Assembly: GCA_035620375.1 (NCBI GenBank) | Contig: DASPGX010000006.1 | Span: 6,156-70,155 of the forward strand | DNA from: Minisyncoccota bacterium | GTDB taxonomy: Bacteria > Patescibacteriota > Minisyncoccia > 2-02-FULL-40-12 > GWA2-44-9 | Length of the DNA: 64,000 nucleotides | Reading direction: 5' to 3' | Shown here: positions 19,223 through 28,851 of the stretch, piece after piece | Numbering within the stretch: position 1 is the first letter of the stretch | Layout: every line of letters begins with the position of its first letter | Position numbers and translations under genes: made by a program | The notes under the pieces: model-generated | Databases searched by the model: none | Told to the model about the DNA's origin: nothing | What the model saw: the letters and a program-made list of their open reading frames with translations, nothing else

Positions 19223-19640
19223 GGCTTTTGGTTCGGAGCACTTGTAAGCCGGGTTCTGTGCCCTATGCCTCGCGGCGGTCGGGCGATGACCATTTATCTG
19301 CGATGTGCGTCGCCGCACACCTGTAGCGTACGAACTTTTCGAAGTCGCCGTGGCGACAACGCTGTACTTGCACTCGGGTAAGGATTTAGCCGTTTCACTC
19401 CCGGCCTTTGACCCACGGCCGGGACTGGGCTCCGCTTCTGATGACTCAAAAGCATCGGGTTCGCCCTCCCTCGGCTTTCACCTCGGGACGTCACTGCTCG
19501 CACCTCTCGCCTTACGGCGTGCAGGCGTTACCTGCTACCGTGCTCCCTGCACAGCGTGAAGCTCCGCAGGGGAGTGCCCGGACTTTCCTCCGTCCGCATG
19601 GCGGACAGCGGTCATCCGTGTTCCGAACCCGTACATTATA
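19222..19640 (-). ncRNA. rnpB: RNase P RNA (bacterial type A)
   Basis: Minus strand carries the universally conserved P4 strands GGAGGAAAGUCCGGGC (reverse complement of 19571-19590) and ACAGAACCCGGCUUA (reverse complement of 19237-19255). P1 pairs between about 19624-19635 and 19224-19235. About 415 nt, ending in the terminator above. Confidence 0.85.
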
Positions 19641-19836
19641 CCACATATAGAGAGAAAGTGAAAGTATGCCCTGAGCGCTGATTATGGTACGAAAAGCGCA
19701 TGAAATCCCGACACCTATCGGGCTGATGCCCGGGGCGGCAGGATATTCGTACTGTATTATCTCACGGTGTGTTGGTGTCCTCGTCCCTTGCGAAAGCAGA
19801 GTACGGGCGGCCGCCAGCAGCCCGATAGGTGTAGGG

Positions 19837-21222
19837 ATGAAACGCAGGGAACTTGCGTTCAATGTGCTCCGTGTCCCCGTGGATTACGCCGCGCTTGTGC
19901 TGGCGGGACTCGCGACGTACGTCCTCCGGACACAGGTACTGGACGTATGGCGTCCGGTCCTGTTCTCGTTCAATCTTCCGCTGTCGCGGTATGCGCTGCT
20001 GGTGCTCGGGGTATCGGCACTGTTGGTCAGTGTATATGCGGTCTCGGGCCTGTATTCCATGAGGGTCCGCCTGACCACGGTACAGGAAGTCGCGCGGGTG
20101 TTCGTCGCGACCTCCGCGGGCATTCTGGCCGTGATTCTGTTCATTTTCCTGCGTCAGGAACTGTTTGATTCGCGGTTTCTCATCATCGGCTATTGGTTTG
20201 TCGCGTTCGTGTTCGTGGCATCCGGCCGCGTGGCGTTCCGGTACGGATTCCGGTCGTTCCTGTCCCGGCACGGCTGGGGACGTCACCGGGTCATGATTAT
20301 CGGCAATGACGGGGTCACGGACACCGTTGCCCGTACCGTGGCGGACGACCCGGCATGGGCGTACGACGTGGTGAAACGGCTTGCGGACCCGGATATCGAG
20401 GAAGTCCGTGCCGCGGTCGGAAATCCCGGGGTGGACGAGGTTATTCTGGCGAATCCGGATTATCCCGCGGAGCGTATCGTCGCGCTGGTGGACTTCTGCC
20501 ACGAGCGGCATATCGCGTTCTCGTTCGTGCCGAACATCTATCAGACGCTGACGACGCATTACCAGGTGGACGCCATCGGCAAGGTTCCGGTCGTCCAGCT
20601 CATGCGGACATCGCTGGACGGATGGGGCAGGGTATTCAAGCGTGCGATGGATGTCTCCGCGGCCGCTCTCGGACTCGTGCTGCTCTCGCCCGTGCTCGCC
20701 GCCGTCGCATTCGCCATTAAATGGGAGACCGCGGGGCCGGTGTTCGTCGGACTGACGCGGGTGTCGGGAACCCGTGAATTCCGACTCTACAAATTCCGTT
20801 CCATGATTGAGAACGCGGAGATTTTGAAGCCGTTCCTGGCCGCGTTCAACGAACGTTCGGACGGGCCGTTGTTCAAGATGCGGGACGATCCGCGGGTGAC
20901 GCGCACGGGCCGCTTCATCCGCCGGTTCCGTCTGGATGAATTGCCTCAACTGTACAATGTTCTGCGGGGCGATATCTCGCTTGTGGGCCCCCGGCCGCAC
21001 CAACCCGACGAAATCGCGCGCTACCGGCGCCACCATAAGAAACTCCTTGCCATCAAGGCGGGGGCGACGGGCCTCGCGCAGGTGAGTGGCTCAAGCGATT
21101 TGCCGTTCGAGGAGGAGGTGCAGCTGGATACGTTCTATATCGAGAACTGGTCCCTCGGGATGGATGTCCGCATTATCTGTAGAACGGCACTGAAGATGCT
21201 CAGTGACCGGTCGGCAGTATGA
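19837..21222 (+). CDS. Polyprenyl-phosphate sugar phosphotransferase (WbaP/bacterial sugar transferase family), initiating enzyme
   Basis: Multiple N-terminal TM helices. C-terminal catalytic domain with RxxRxDELPQLxNVLxGDISLVGPRP signature. Start is uncertain (track start 19684; ATG 19837 preferred). Confidence 0.8.
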   Translation: MKRRELAFNVLRVPVDYAALVLAGLATYVLRTQVLDVWRPVLFSFNLPLSRYALLVLGVSALLVSVYAVSGLYSMRVRLTTVQEVARVFVATSAGILAVILFIFLRQELFDSRFLIIGYWFVAFVFVASGRVAFRYGFRSFLSRHGWGRHRVMIIGNDGVTDTVARTVADDPAWAYDVVKRLADPDIEEVRAAVGNPGVDEVILANPDYPAERIVALVDFCHERHIAFSFVPNIYQTLTTHYQVDAIGKVPVVQLMRTSLDGWGRVFKRAMDVSAAALGLVLLSPVLAAVAFAIKWETAGPVFVGLTRVSGTREFRLYKFRSMIENAEILKPFLAAFNERSDGPLFKMRDDPRVTRTGRFIRRFRLDELPQLYNVLRGDISLVGPRPHQPDEIARYRRHHKKLLAIKAGATGLAQVSGSSDLPFEEEVQLDTFYIENWSLGMDVRIICRTALKMLSDRSAV

Positions 21223-22304
21223 AACTCGCGCTTGTCCATGAATATCTGAATCAGTACGGGGGCGCCGAGCGCGTTCTCCAGTTGCTTTGTGCGCGGTGGC
21301 CCGATGCGCCGGTGTACACGATGCTGTATGACCGGCGGGCGACGGGAGGGGTGTTCGACGGCAGGGATGTCCGGACGTCATTCCTTCAGCGTCTTCCGGG
21401 AAGCATCAGGTGGCACCATGCGTATACCGCGCTGATGCCGCTCGCGGTGGAGCAGTTCGATACCGGCGCGTTCGATACCGTGTTGTCGGTTTCCGCGTCG
21501 TTCGCCAAGGGCATCGTCACTAAGCCGCTGTCCCGCCACGTCTCGTACTGTCTGACGCCGCCGCGCTTTCTCTGGGACGACAGTCAGCGGTTCGTCCGGC
21601 GCTTCGCGCTCCCGTCATTTCTCCGCACGGCGTCGCCCCTGCTGTTGTCGTACCTCCGCGTCTGGGATCGCCAGGCGGCGGACCGCGTGGACGAGTTCGT
21701 CGCTATCTCGCGGTGCGTCGCCGACCGCATCGCCAAATACTACGGCCGGCAGGCATCGGTGGTGTATCCGCCCGTGGACGTGAACCGCTTTGTGCCCCGG
21801 GAGATTCCCGGCGTGGAGCCGTACTTCCTGATGGTCGGCCGGCTGGTCGCGTACAAACGTTTTGACATCGCCATCAGGGCCGCGAACCGCATGCGGTTCA
21901 ATCTGCTCATCGTCGGCGCCGGGGTTCAGGAACGAAAACTGCGGAAGCTTGCGGGACCGACCGTGACGTTTCTCGGGCAGGTGGACGACGAAGCGCTCGC
22001 CGCGCTGTACGCGGGGTGCCGCGCGGTCATCTTTCCCCAGGAGGAGGACTTCGGCATCGTTCCGCTTGAAGCGATGGCGGCGGGCCGGCCCGTCATTGCC
22101 TTCGGCGGCGGGGGCGCCCTGGAGACGGTGGTGGACGGCACGACGGGCCTCTTTTTTCCCGAGCAGTCCGAAGATTCGCTCATGCAGGCGGTGGAATCTT
22201 TCCGCGGCCGTTCCTGGAGCGTGTCGGCGTGCCGCGCCCGCGCGGAATCATTCGGTACGGAGCGGTTCGTGCGCGAGATGGAGAACGCGCTTAATCCGTC
22301 ATGA
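21219..22304 (+). CDS. Family-4 glycosyltransferase
   Basis: GT4 C-terminal motif EEDFGIVPLEAMAAGRPVIAF. 4-nt overlap with the upstream gene. Confidence 0.8.
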   Translation: MKLALVHEYLNQYGGAERVLQLLCARWPDAPVYTMLYDRRATGGVFDGRDVRTSFLQRLPGSIRWHHAYTALMPLAVEQFDTGAFDTVLSVSASFAKGIVTKPLSRHVSYCLTPPRFLWDDSQRFVRRFALPSFLRTASPLLLSYLRVWDRQAADRVDEFVAISRCVADRIAKYYGRQASVVYPPVDVNRFVPREIPGVEPYFLMVGRLVAYKRFDIAIRAANRMRFNLLIVGAGVQERKLRKLAGPTVTFLGQVDDEALAALYAGCRAVIFPQEEDFGIVPLEAMAAGRPVIAFGGGGALETVVDGTTGLFFPEQSEDSLMQAVESFRGRSWSVSACRARAESFGTERFVREMENALNPS

Positions 22305-23464
22305 CCACCATAGCGGTAGACGTCCGGGCACTGGGAGGGGGCAGAGAGAGCGGGGTACAGGAATATACGCGGCAGGTGGTGACCCATATGCTCGCGCTCG
22401 CCCCGGACATCAGGTTCATCCTGTTTAACGCCGGCCGCCGGCAGACACCCGTTCCGTGGAACGGGCCGAACGTGACGGTTTTCCGGTATCCGCGTTCCAA
22501 CCGCATGCTGGCGATGACGATGCGCGCGGCCGGCCGGCCGTCGCTGGATCGGCTCGTCGGCGGCGCCGATGCGTTCTTCTTTCCGCATATCCTGTACGGA
22601 ACAGTGTCGCGGTCATGCCGGAAGGTCATCACGTTCCACGATCTCTCATTTGAGCGCTTCCCGGAATTCTTCACGCTGCGCCAACGCATCTGGCACCGGG
22701 CACAGATGGCGCCGCGCCGGCAGGCGGAATCCGCCGACCGACTTATCGCGGTCTCCGCTTCCACGGCCAGGGACCTGACGGGAATGTACGGCATTCCCGA
22801 AGAACGTATCTCCGTCATCCGTTCCGGCGTGGATGCCGGCCTGCGCCGGGAACCGGAAGCGCGCGTCAGGGCATTCCGCCGCTATCAGGCGCTGCCCGGG
22901 CGCTTTGTGCTCGGGTTGTGCACGCGGGAGCCGCGCAAAAACCTTGCCGGGCTCATCGCGGCCTTTGAGGCACTGGTATCCGCGCCGGGATATGCGGACA
23001 TGGCGTTGGTGCTGGTGGGTCCGGGCGGCTGGCGGGAAGGGGAAATCCGAGCCGCGCTCGCACGGTCGCCGGTGGCGTCGCGCATCCGGCTTGCGGGGCA
23101 GGTGTCTCCCGCCGAACGGGCACTATGGTATTCGGCGGCATCGTTGTTCGTCTATCCGTCGTTTTTTGAGGGGTTCGGTTTTCCTCCTCTGGAGGCGATG
23201 GCGTGCGGCACGCCGGTCATCGCCTCATACGGCTCTTCGCTTCCGGAGGTTGTCGGCGATGCGGGTGTGCTTGTGGACCCGCACGATGTGCGGGAAATGG
23301 CGGCGGCGATGCATTCAATTCTGTCCGAGCCCGGTTTGGCGTCCGTGCTGTCGGACAGGGGCGCCAAGCGCGCCGCGAAATTCACCTGGACCTCTGCGGC
23401 GGAGCGTACGCTTTCGGTTCTGACTGCAGCCCATTCTCCACACGGGGACGCGCCCGGAGCCTGA
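22301..23464 (+). CDS. Family-4 glycosyltransferase
   Basis: FEGFGFPPLEAMACGTPVIAS motif. 4-nt overlap with the upstream gene. Confidence 0.8.
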   Translation: MTTIAVDVRALGGGRESGVQEYTRQVVTHMLALAPDIRFILFNAGRRQTPVPWNGPNVTVFRYPRSNRMLAMTMRAAGRPSLDRLVGGADAFFFPHILYGTVSRSCRKVITFHDLSFERFPEFFTLRQRIWHRAQMAPRRQAESADRLIAVSASTARDLTGMYGIPEERISVIRSGVDAGLRREPEARVRAFRRYQALPGRFVLGLCTREPRKNLAGLIAAFEALVSAPGYADMALVLVGPGGWREGEIRAALARSPVASRIRLAGQVSPAERALWYSAASLFVYPSFFEGFGFPPLEAMACGTPVIASYGSSLPEVVGDAGVLVDPHDVREMAAAMHSILSEPGLASVLSDRGAKRAAKFTWTSAAERTLSVLTAAHSPHGDAPGA

Positions 23465-23476
23465 TATCATACGGGT

Positions 23477-25600
23477 ATGCCCCGTAGTCCGGAAACCTCT
23501 TCAGGGGCGTTTGACGGCGTCAGGACGACTGACGGGATTTCGGTCGTGCGGGAGCGCAATTCCGGACCCGCGCGGGTTCCTGACGACGCACTCGTTCATG
23601 AGCTTCTTGCCGCGATCCGGGACGACGTTCCCGCTTCAGGTGCGGAGCCGGTTACCGCGCCCGGGAAAACGGGACAGCCCGTCGGTACCGGCGGTACGCG
23701 TCCGAAACGTCCCGGATGGCTTTCGGTGACCCCCTGGTTTATCGGAGCTGCGTGTGTCGTCGCCGGACTGCTTATCGTGAGCAATCAGGGCATCAAAGTC
23801 CGGGACCGCGTCGTTCAGGGCGGCAGAGCAGCCATCGCGCATCTGTTCCGGGCCCGTGAATCGGTGGAATCGTTCCGGTTTGACGAGGCATCGGACGGCT
23901 TCGCGCTCGCGTATGCGCAATTTTCAACCGCGCGCGACGACCTCGCGGTATTCGACTCATGGCTGGGGACCGTGCTGTCGCGACTTCCCGGAGGGGGAAG
24001 TATCGCGTCGGCACGGAACCTCATTGAGGCGGGGACGCTTCTTTCGCGCGCCGGCGGACGGTTAAGCGACCTGGTGGCGGCGTTGAGCGAATCCGGGTCC
24101 ATCCTGGATCCGGCGAATGACGGAAGAGCGTCGTTCGCGATGGTGCTCCTGCCCATGCAGGAAGCGCTGACCGGCGCCGCAGAAGACCTTGCGCGTGCCC
24201 GTCAGCTCCTTGCCGGTGTGGACCCCTCCCATGTGCCCGAGGAATACCGTGAAGAGCTCGCGTCGTTCGGCGCGCGGATTCCCGAAATGGAGGCGCTGGT
24301 GCACCGGGGTGCGGGCTATGTCCGTTTTCTGGAAGACGTCATCGCGGGAAGCGGCGAGAAGACGTATCTCATTCTCTTCCAGAACGCCAGTGAGCTGCGC
24401 CCGACCGGAGGGTTTCCGGGCAGTTATGGCGTCGCGGTGTTCCGCGACGGACGTCTGATGTCCTTTGAAGCCGACGACGTCTACAATCCCGACGGACAAA
24501 TCGATGAACTCATCGTCCCTCCGCTGGCGTTGCAGCGTATCACGCCTGATTGGGGTCTCCGCGATTCCACATGGTTTGCCGATTTCCCCTTGTCCGCCGC
24601 CAAGGCGGTACGGATGTACGAGCTCGGGTCGGGCAGGCGCGTGGACGGCGTTTTGGCGGTGACGCCTGAAATCGTCCGCGGACTCCTGGAGATTTCCGGT
24701 CCGGTGTCCATGCCGCAATACGACCTGGTGCTGGATGCGGACAATTTCCTGCCTGAACTGCAGGCGGAAGTGGAGTACGGCATCAACAAGCAGGTGAACA
24801 AGCCGAAGAAAATAGTAATGGAGCTGACGCCCATCGTACTCCGCAAGTTGTACCAGGCGCCCCGTGCGGAGTGGCTGAAAGTTCTTTCGGTATTTTCCCG
24901 CGGATTGCAGGAGCGGGATATCATGATGTATTCGGCGGACCCGAAGATTCAGGAATTCATCGCCGGCGAGGGTTTTGACGGAAGCGTGCACCGCGGTCCG
25001 GAGGATTTCCTCATGGTCGTCATGGCGAACGTCGCCGGCGCCAAAGCCGACTATGTCACGGATACGACCCTGGGCCTGGAGACGACGCTGTCGGGCGACG
25101 GCGTCGCACATTCGCTGGTCATTACCCGGTCGCATGAGGGCGGCGATAGTCCGTACGGGTTCTATAACCAGCCGAACCGGAGCTACATCCGCGTGCTGGT
25201 TCCCGAGGGGAGCATGTTGACCGGCATATCGGGAAACACAGTCCGCGGTTTCCGTGCGCTGACGTCGTATGCGGGAGCTGTGCGGGACCCGGATTTAGAT
25301 GCCATGGAGGGAACGGCGGTCACCGATGCGGGGAGCGACGTGACGACCTACCGCGAATCCGGGAGGACGGCGTTCGGTTTCTGGCTTGATGTCCGGCCGG
25401 GCGGGCGGGAACAGGTGACCCTTTCATGGACCGTACCCTCCCGGTATGCGGCGTCCGACTATGCCCTGTACGTGCAAAAACAGCCGGGCCTGAATGTTTC
25501 GGAGTTCTCGTGGGACGTCCGCGGTCCTGCGGACATGCGGCAGGATTCACCCCCGTACCGTCCGTGGAAGACGGACGCGGTGCTGCGGGCGGTCCGGTAA
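23477..25600 (+). CDS. Membrane-anchored extracytoplasmic protein, DUF4012-like (707 aa)
   Basis: Single N-terminal TM (WLSVTPWFIGAACVVAGLLIV) then a large domain with YLILFQNASELRPTGGFPGSYG motif recalled from DUF4012 family members in polysaccharide loci. Family assignment is from memory, not searched. Confidence 0.55.
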   Translation: MPRSPETSSGAFDGVRTTDGISVVRERNSGPARVPDDALVHELLAAIRDDVPASGAEPVTAPGKTGQPVGTGGTRPKRPGWLSVTPWFIGAACVVAGLLIVSNQGIKVRDRVVQGGRAAIAHLFRARESVESFRFDEASDGFALAYAQFSTARDDLAVFDSWLGTVLSRLPGGGSIASARNLIEAGTLLSRAGGRLSDLVAALSESGSILDPANDGRASFAMVLLPMQEALTGAAEDLARARQLLAGVDPSHVPEEYREELASFGARIPEMEALVHRGAGYVRFLEDVIAGSGEKTYLILFQNASELRPTGGFPGSYGVAVFRDGRLMSFEADDVYNPDGQIDELIVPPLALQRITPDWGLRDSTWFADFPLSAAKAVRMYELGSGRRVDGVLAVTPEIVRGLLEISGPVSMPQYDLVLDADNFLPELQAEVEYGINKQVNKPKKIVMELTPIVLRKLYQAPRAEWLKVLSVFSRGLQERDIMMYSADPKIQEFIAGEGFDGSVHRGPEDFLMVVMANVAGAKADYVTDTTLGLETTLSGDGVAHSLVITRSHEGGDSPYGFYNQPNRSYIRVLVPEGSMLTGISGNTVRGFRALTSYAGAVRDPDLDAMEGTAVTDAGSDVTTYRESGRTAFGFWLDVRPGGREQVTLSWTVPSRYAASDYALYVQKQPGLNVSEFSWDVRGPADMRQDSPPYRPWKTDAVLRAVR

Positions 25601-25645
25601 AAAAAACGGCGACCCCTGCGCGTGCCTGCCGGGGGCAGGATACTG
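25601..25645. terminator. Bidirectional terminator hairpin between convergent genes
   Basis: AAAAAAAACGGCGACCCCTGCGCG...CTGCAGGGGTC stem (GACCCCTGC/GCAGGGGTC). Confidence 0.55.
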
Positions 25646-25670
25646 CAGGGGTCAGATGGCCGGCCGGCGG

Positions 25671-26084
25671 TCAGGCCGTCGCGGCTGTGCGCATGCGCCA
25701 GTCGTCTTCCAGCTTCTTGTTGAAACGGTTCCAGTCGTTCTCGCTCACGAACAGTGCGCGTCGCTCCGAACGGGACTCCATCCACTGGTAGAACCGGGCC
25801 ACCGTGTTCACGGTCCGCGGCACGACCAGACGGAGGCGGCATTTCTCACACAGCAGACAGACCGACTCCGGGCTCAGGTCGCGTTTCGTGAAATACCCGC
25901 CGCAATCCTGATACCCCTTGCCGTGCTGCACGTTGACGCTCCGGAACGGATTGGCGCCGAGGAACTCCCCGCGTCCGCCCACGAGCGGCAGTGCGTCTTC
26001 GAAGAGCCACAGCACCAGCGTTCCTTCGCCTCCAAGCATCAGGAATTGTGCGAGGTGCACGGGCGTCCTTTGCTTCTCGCTCAT
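25671..26084 (-). CDS. Hypothetical protein (137 aa) with CxxCxxC motif
   Basis: Strong RBS AGGGAGGA 6 nt before the ATG (minus). Own promoter TTGATA-17-TATAAT on the minus strand. Divergent from lepA. Confidence 0.6.
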   Translation of the reverse strand: MSEKQRTPVHLAQFLMLGGEGTLVLWLFEDALPLVGGRGEFLGANPFRSVNVQHGKGYQDCGGYFTKRDLSPESVCLLCEKCRLRLVVPRTVNTVARFYQWMESRSERRALFVSENDWNRFNKKLEDDWRMRTAATA

Positions 26085-26120
26085 GGCAAATCCTCCCTTT
26101 GCCGATGTGACGATACGAAT

Positions 26121-26163
26121 ATTATAGCACACTAATTGCGCTATATCAAACTTCTGGTATAGT
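26121..26163. promoter_or_regulatory. Divergent overlapping sigma70-like promoters (lepA on +; small gene on -)
   Basis: + strand: TTGCGC(26136-26141)-16-TATAGT(26158-26163). Minus strand: TTGATA (rc of 26143-26148)-17-TATAAT (rc of 26121-26126). AT-rich island in a GC-rich genome. Confidence 0.5.
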
Positions 26164-26183
26164 GTATGCTTTGCGCACGTCCC

Positions 26184-27977
26184 ATGAGCAATATCCGCAA
26201 CTTCTGCATCATCGCCCACATTGACCACGGCAAATCCACGCTGGCGGACCGTTTTTTGGAATTGACCGAAACGGTCGCCAAGCGGCAGATGAAGGAGCAA
26301 TACCTGGACCAGATGGAGCTGGAGCGCGAGCGCGGCATCACCATCAAGCTTCAGCCCGTCCGGATGAAGTACGTCGCGGACGGCACAACGTACGAACTGA
26401 ATCTCATTGATACGCCGGGCCACGTGGACTTTTCCTATGAGGTTTCCCGTTCCCTCGCCGCCGTTGAGGGCGCGATTCTTCTCGTGGACGCGACGAAGGG
26501 CATCCAGGCACAGACGCTGGCGAACCTGAACCTGGCACGGCGCCAGGAGCTGGTCATCATACCGGCGGTCAACAAAGTGGACATGCCGACGGCGCGCACG
26601 GCGCAGGTCAAGGAAGAGCTCGCGTATCTGCTTGAGGTTGAGCCGGGGGATATCATGGAGGTTTCCGGCAAGACGGGGAAAAACGTGCGGGAACTGCTGG
26701 ATTCGGTGGTCCGGCGCGTGCCCTCCCCGCAGGCGTCGCACGGCGACGGCATCCCGCGGGCGGTTATTTTTGACTCCACGTTTGATGCGTACAAGGGAGT
26801 TATCGCGTTCGTCCGCGTCACCTCGGGCGTGCTCCGTAAAGGGGAGCGTCTGCTCGCCTGGGCGACGGGTGCCCGTCCTGACGCGCTGGAGGTCGGTTCG
26901 TTCGCACCCCGCCTGACGCCGGGCACGGAACTCCGCGAGGGACAAATCGGCTACGTGGCGACCGGACTGAAGGACCCGGGGCAAATCCGCGTCGGCGATA
27001 CGCTCACCCGTGCGGATGTCGACCGGACAAGATTCACGCCCCTGCCGGGATACCGGGAGATGCGGCCCATGGTGTTCGCGAGCCTGTTCCCCGAGAACGC
27101 CGAACAGTACGATGAGCTCAAGGACGCGCTCGGCAAGCTGAAGCTTACCGATGCGGCATTGCAGTACGAACCGGAGTCGTCCGCGGGCCTGGGCAGGGGA
27201 TTCCGGCTCGGATTCCTCGGGATGCTCCACGTGGAAATCGTCACGGAGCGTTTGTCGCGCGAATTCGGTCTCAAGCTCATCGTGACGACGCCGTCGGTTG
27301 AATATCTCGTGAAGCTCAAGGACGGTTCCACGGAGTCCGTGCGTTCCGCGGCATTGCTGCCTGACCCGTCGCGCATTGCGGAGATTGCCGAGCCCGTCAC
27401 GGAACTGGAAGTTATCTGTCCCTCGGAATACGTCGGACCGGTCATGGAACTCATTTCCGGCATCCGGAACACCTACATCGCCACCGATTATCTGGGTACG
27501 GAGACCGCGGTGCTCAAGTACCGGGTGCCGTTGGCGGAAATCGTCACGGATTTTTATGACCGGCTCAAGTCAGTGTCCCAGGGATACGCGTCCATGGGAT
27601 ACGAACCGTCGGGACACGAGCCGTACGACCTTGTCCGGCTGGATATTCTGGTCGCCGGCGAGCCGGTTGAGGCATTCGCGCGCATCGTTCCGCGGGAACA
27701 GGCCCAGCGTATCGGGCGGCTCATGGTGGAGAAGCTCAAGGAGACCCTGCCGCAACAGTGGTTCCAGGTGACCTTGCAGGCCGCCGTCGGCGGCAAGGTG
27801 CTGGCGCGCGAGGACATCCGTGCGCTACGCAAGGACGTTACCGGATACCTGTACGGCGGTGACGTGACGCGGAAGATGAAATTGCTCAAGAAACAGAAAG
27901 AAGGCAAGGCGAAGATGAAAGAGCAGGGAAAGGTACAGATTCCGCACGACGTGTTTCTGAAGATGCTGAAGAAGTAG
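26184..27977 (+). CDS. lepA: Elongation factor 4 (LepA)
   Basis: [21 protein letters not shown]1 motif, [12 protein letters not shown], and the LepA-specific C-terminal domain. About 598 aa. Confidence 0.93.
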   Translation: MSNIRNFCIIAHIDHGKSTLADRFLELTETVAKRQMKEQYLDQMELERERGITIKLQPVRMKYVADGTTYELNLIDTPGHVDFSYEVSRSLAAVEGAILLVDATKGIQAQTLANLNLARRQELVIIPAVNKVDMPTARTAQVKEELAYLLEVEPGDIMEVSGKTGKNVRELLDSVVRRVPSPQASHGDGIPRAVIFDSTFDAYKGVIAFVRVTSGVLRKGERLLAWATGARPDALEVGSFAPRLTPGTELREGQIGYVATGLKDPGQIRVGDTLTRADVDRTRFTPLPGYREMRPMVFASLFPENAEQYDELKDALGKLKLTDAALQYEPESSAGLGRGFRLGFLGMLHVEIVTERLSREFGLKLIVTTPSVEYLVKLKDGSTESVRSAALLPDPSRIAEIAEPVTELEVICPSEYVGPVMELISGIRNTYIATDYLGTETAVLKYRVPLAEIVTDFYDRLKSVSQGYASMGYEPSGHEPYDLVRLDILVAGEPVEAFARIVPREQAQRIGRLMVEKLKETLPQQWFQVTLQAAVGGKVLAREDIRALRKDVTGYLYGGDVTRKMKLLKKQKEGKAKMKEQGKVQIPHDVFLKMLKK

Positions 27978-28046
27978 GGGTTGAATCCGTCCGGACAGGC
28001 ATGCAGATAACACAAAGGGACGCGATGCGTCCCTTTGTGTTATCTG

Positions 28047-28119
28047 AGCCACCTCCCGGATTCGAACCGGGGACCTTCACTTTACGAAAGTGCTGCTCTA
28101 CCAGCTGAGCTAAGGTGGC
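28047..28119 (-). tRNA. tRNA-Thr (anticodon CGT)
   Basis: Reverse complement GCCACCUUAGCUCAGCUGGUAGAGCA...anticodon loop UUCGUAA...GGUUCGAAUCCGGGAGGUGGCU. Cloverleaf pairs. Confidence 0.85.
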
Positions 28120-28128
28120 CTACCGCAG

Positions 28129-28199
28129 AGCGGGATACGGGAATCGAACCCGTCTCTGTTGCTTGGGAAGCAACCGTACTACCACTGTACTAATCCCGC
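28129..28199 (-). tRNA. tRNA-Gly (anticodon CCC)
   Basis: Reverse complement GCGGGAUUAGUACAGUGGUAGUAC...anticodon loop UUCCCAA...GGGUUCGAUUCCCGUAUCCCGCU. Confidence 0.85.
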
Positions 28200-28576
28200 G
28201 AATCACCGCCGAACCAATTTTTCAGGCGCTCCCAGAACGTCGGTTCCGCAGGCACGGAAGGACTCGCGACGGGTGATATTGTACCAGAATTTTCCTTTTT
28301 GTACACCACCATGACCTTCTCGTCCGGCTGCCGGTAATTCAGCCGCAGGCGGGCCTGGTATTCAAGCCAGGCCGGGTCATCCGTCCGTTCCAGGTGCATC
28401 CGCAGACGGGAGATATCCCGCTCGTATTCCTCCGTCCGTTCGCTGATTCGGGCGAATTCCTGCCCCGTTCCGTGCACGGACACGAGAATACGGGCACCCC
28501 GGTACGCAAGCCAGCCCGCAAGGACGACCAAAAGGACGGTCAGCCAGCGCGATGCGAGTGTGGTCCTGAATGTCAT
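28190..28576 (-). CDS. Septum-formation initiator family protein (FtsB/DivIC-like)
   Basis: N-terminal TM, coiled coil, C-terminal DPAWLEYQARLRLNYRQPDEKVMVV motif typical of FtsB/DivIC. The stop overlaps the tRNA-Gly 5' end by about 10 nt. Confidence 0.55.
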   Translation of the reverse strand: MTFRTTLASRWLTVLLVVLAGWLAYRGARILVSVHGTGQEFARISERTEEYERDISRLRMHLERTDDPAWLEYQARLRLNYRQPDEKVMVVYKKENSGTISPVASPSVPAEPTFWERLKNWFGGDSRD

Positions 28577-28626
28577 TGGTTTCAGCGCTTGTTCATTCGC
28601 TCCGCGGAGGATAGGATGGAGATATC

Positions 28627-28728
28627 ATGATGCTGGACCGCAAGACTCTGCGCATTGTTTCGGCGTTCGTCGCCGTCGTCACCATCCTCGGGATGGTGCT
28701 GTTCCTCCTGATTCCGCTCCTGTACTGA
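28627..28728 (+). CDS. Putative 33-aa single-TM micro-protein (not in ORF track)
   Basis: GGAGG RBS 9 nt upstream of ATGATG. MMLDRKTLRIVSAFVAVVTILGMVLFLLIPLLY is almost entirely one hydrophobic helix. Confidence 0.3.
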   Translation: MMLDRKTLRIVSAFVAVVTILGMVLFLLIPLLY

Positions 28729-28786
28729 CCAGTATAGCCCAATTGTACGCAACGGGAACGCATGCGCGGGCCGCGTTCCTGTAACT

Positions 28787-28813
28787 TGCGAAAATATAGA
28801 ATCTATTGTATAA
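28787..28813 (+). promoter_or_regulatory. Sigma70-like promoter TTGCGA-17-TATAAT
   Basis: Near-consensus hexamers with 17-nt spacing. 38 nt upstream of AGGAGG-5nt-GTG of the gene at 28852. Confidence 0.6.
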
Positions 28814-28851
28814 TATGACCCGCTGTACTTTTCCGGCCCGAGGAGGTCAGT

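Noticed and set aside
25671-27230. 519-aa minus-strand ORF spanning lepA
   Set aside because: Only the first 137 codons (25671-26084), which have their own promoter and RBS, are credible. The rest is antisense to lepA.
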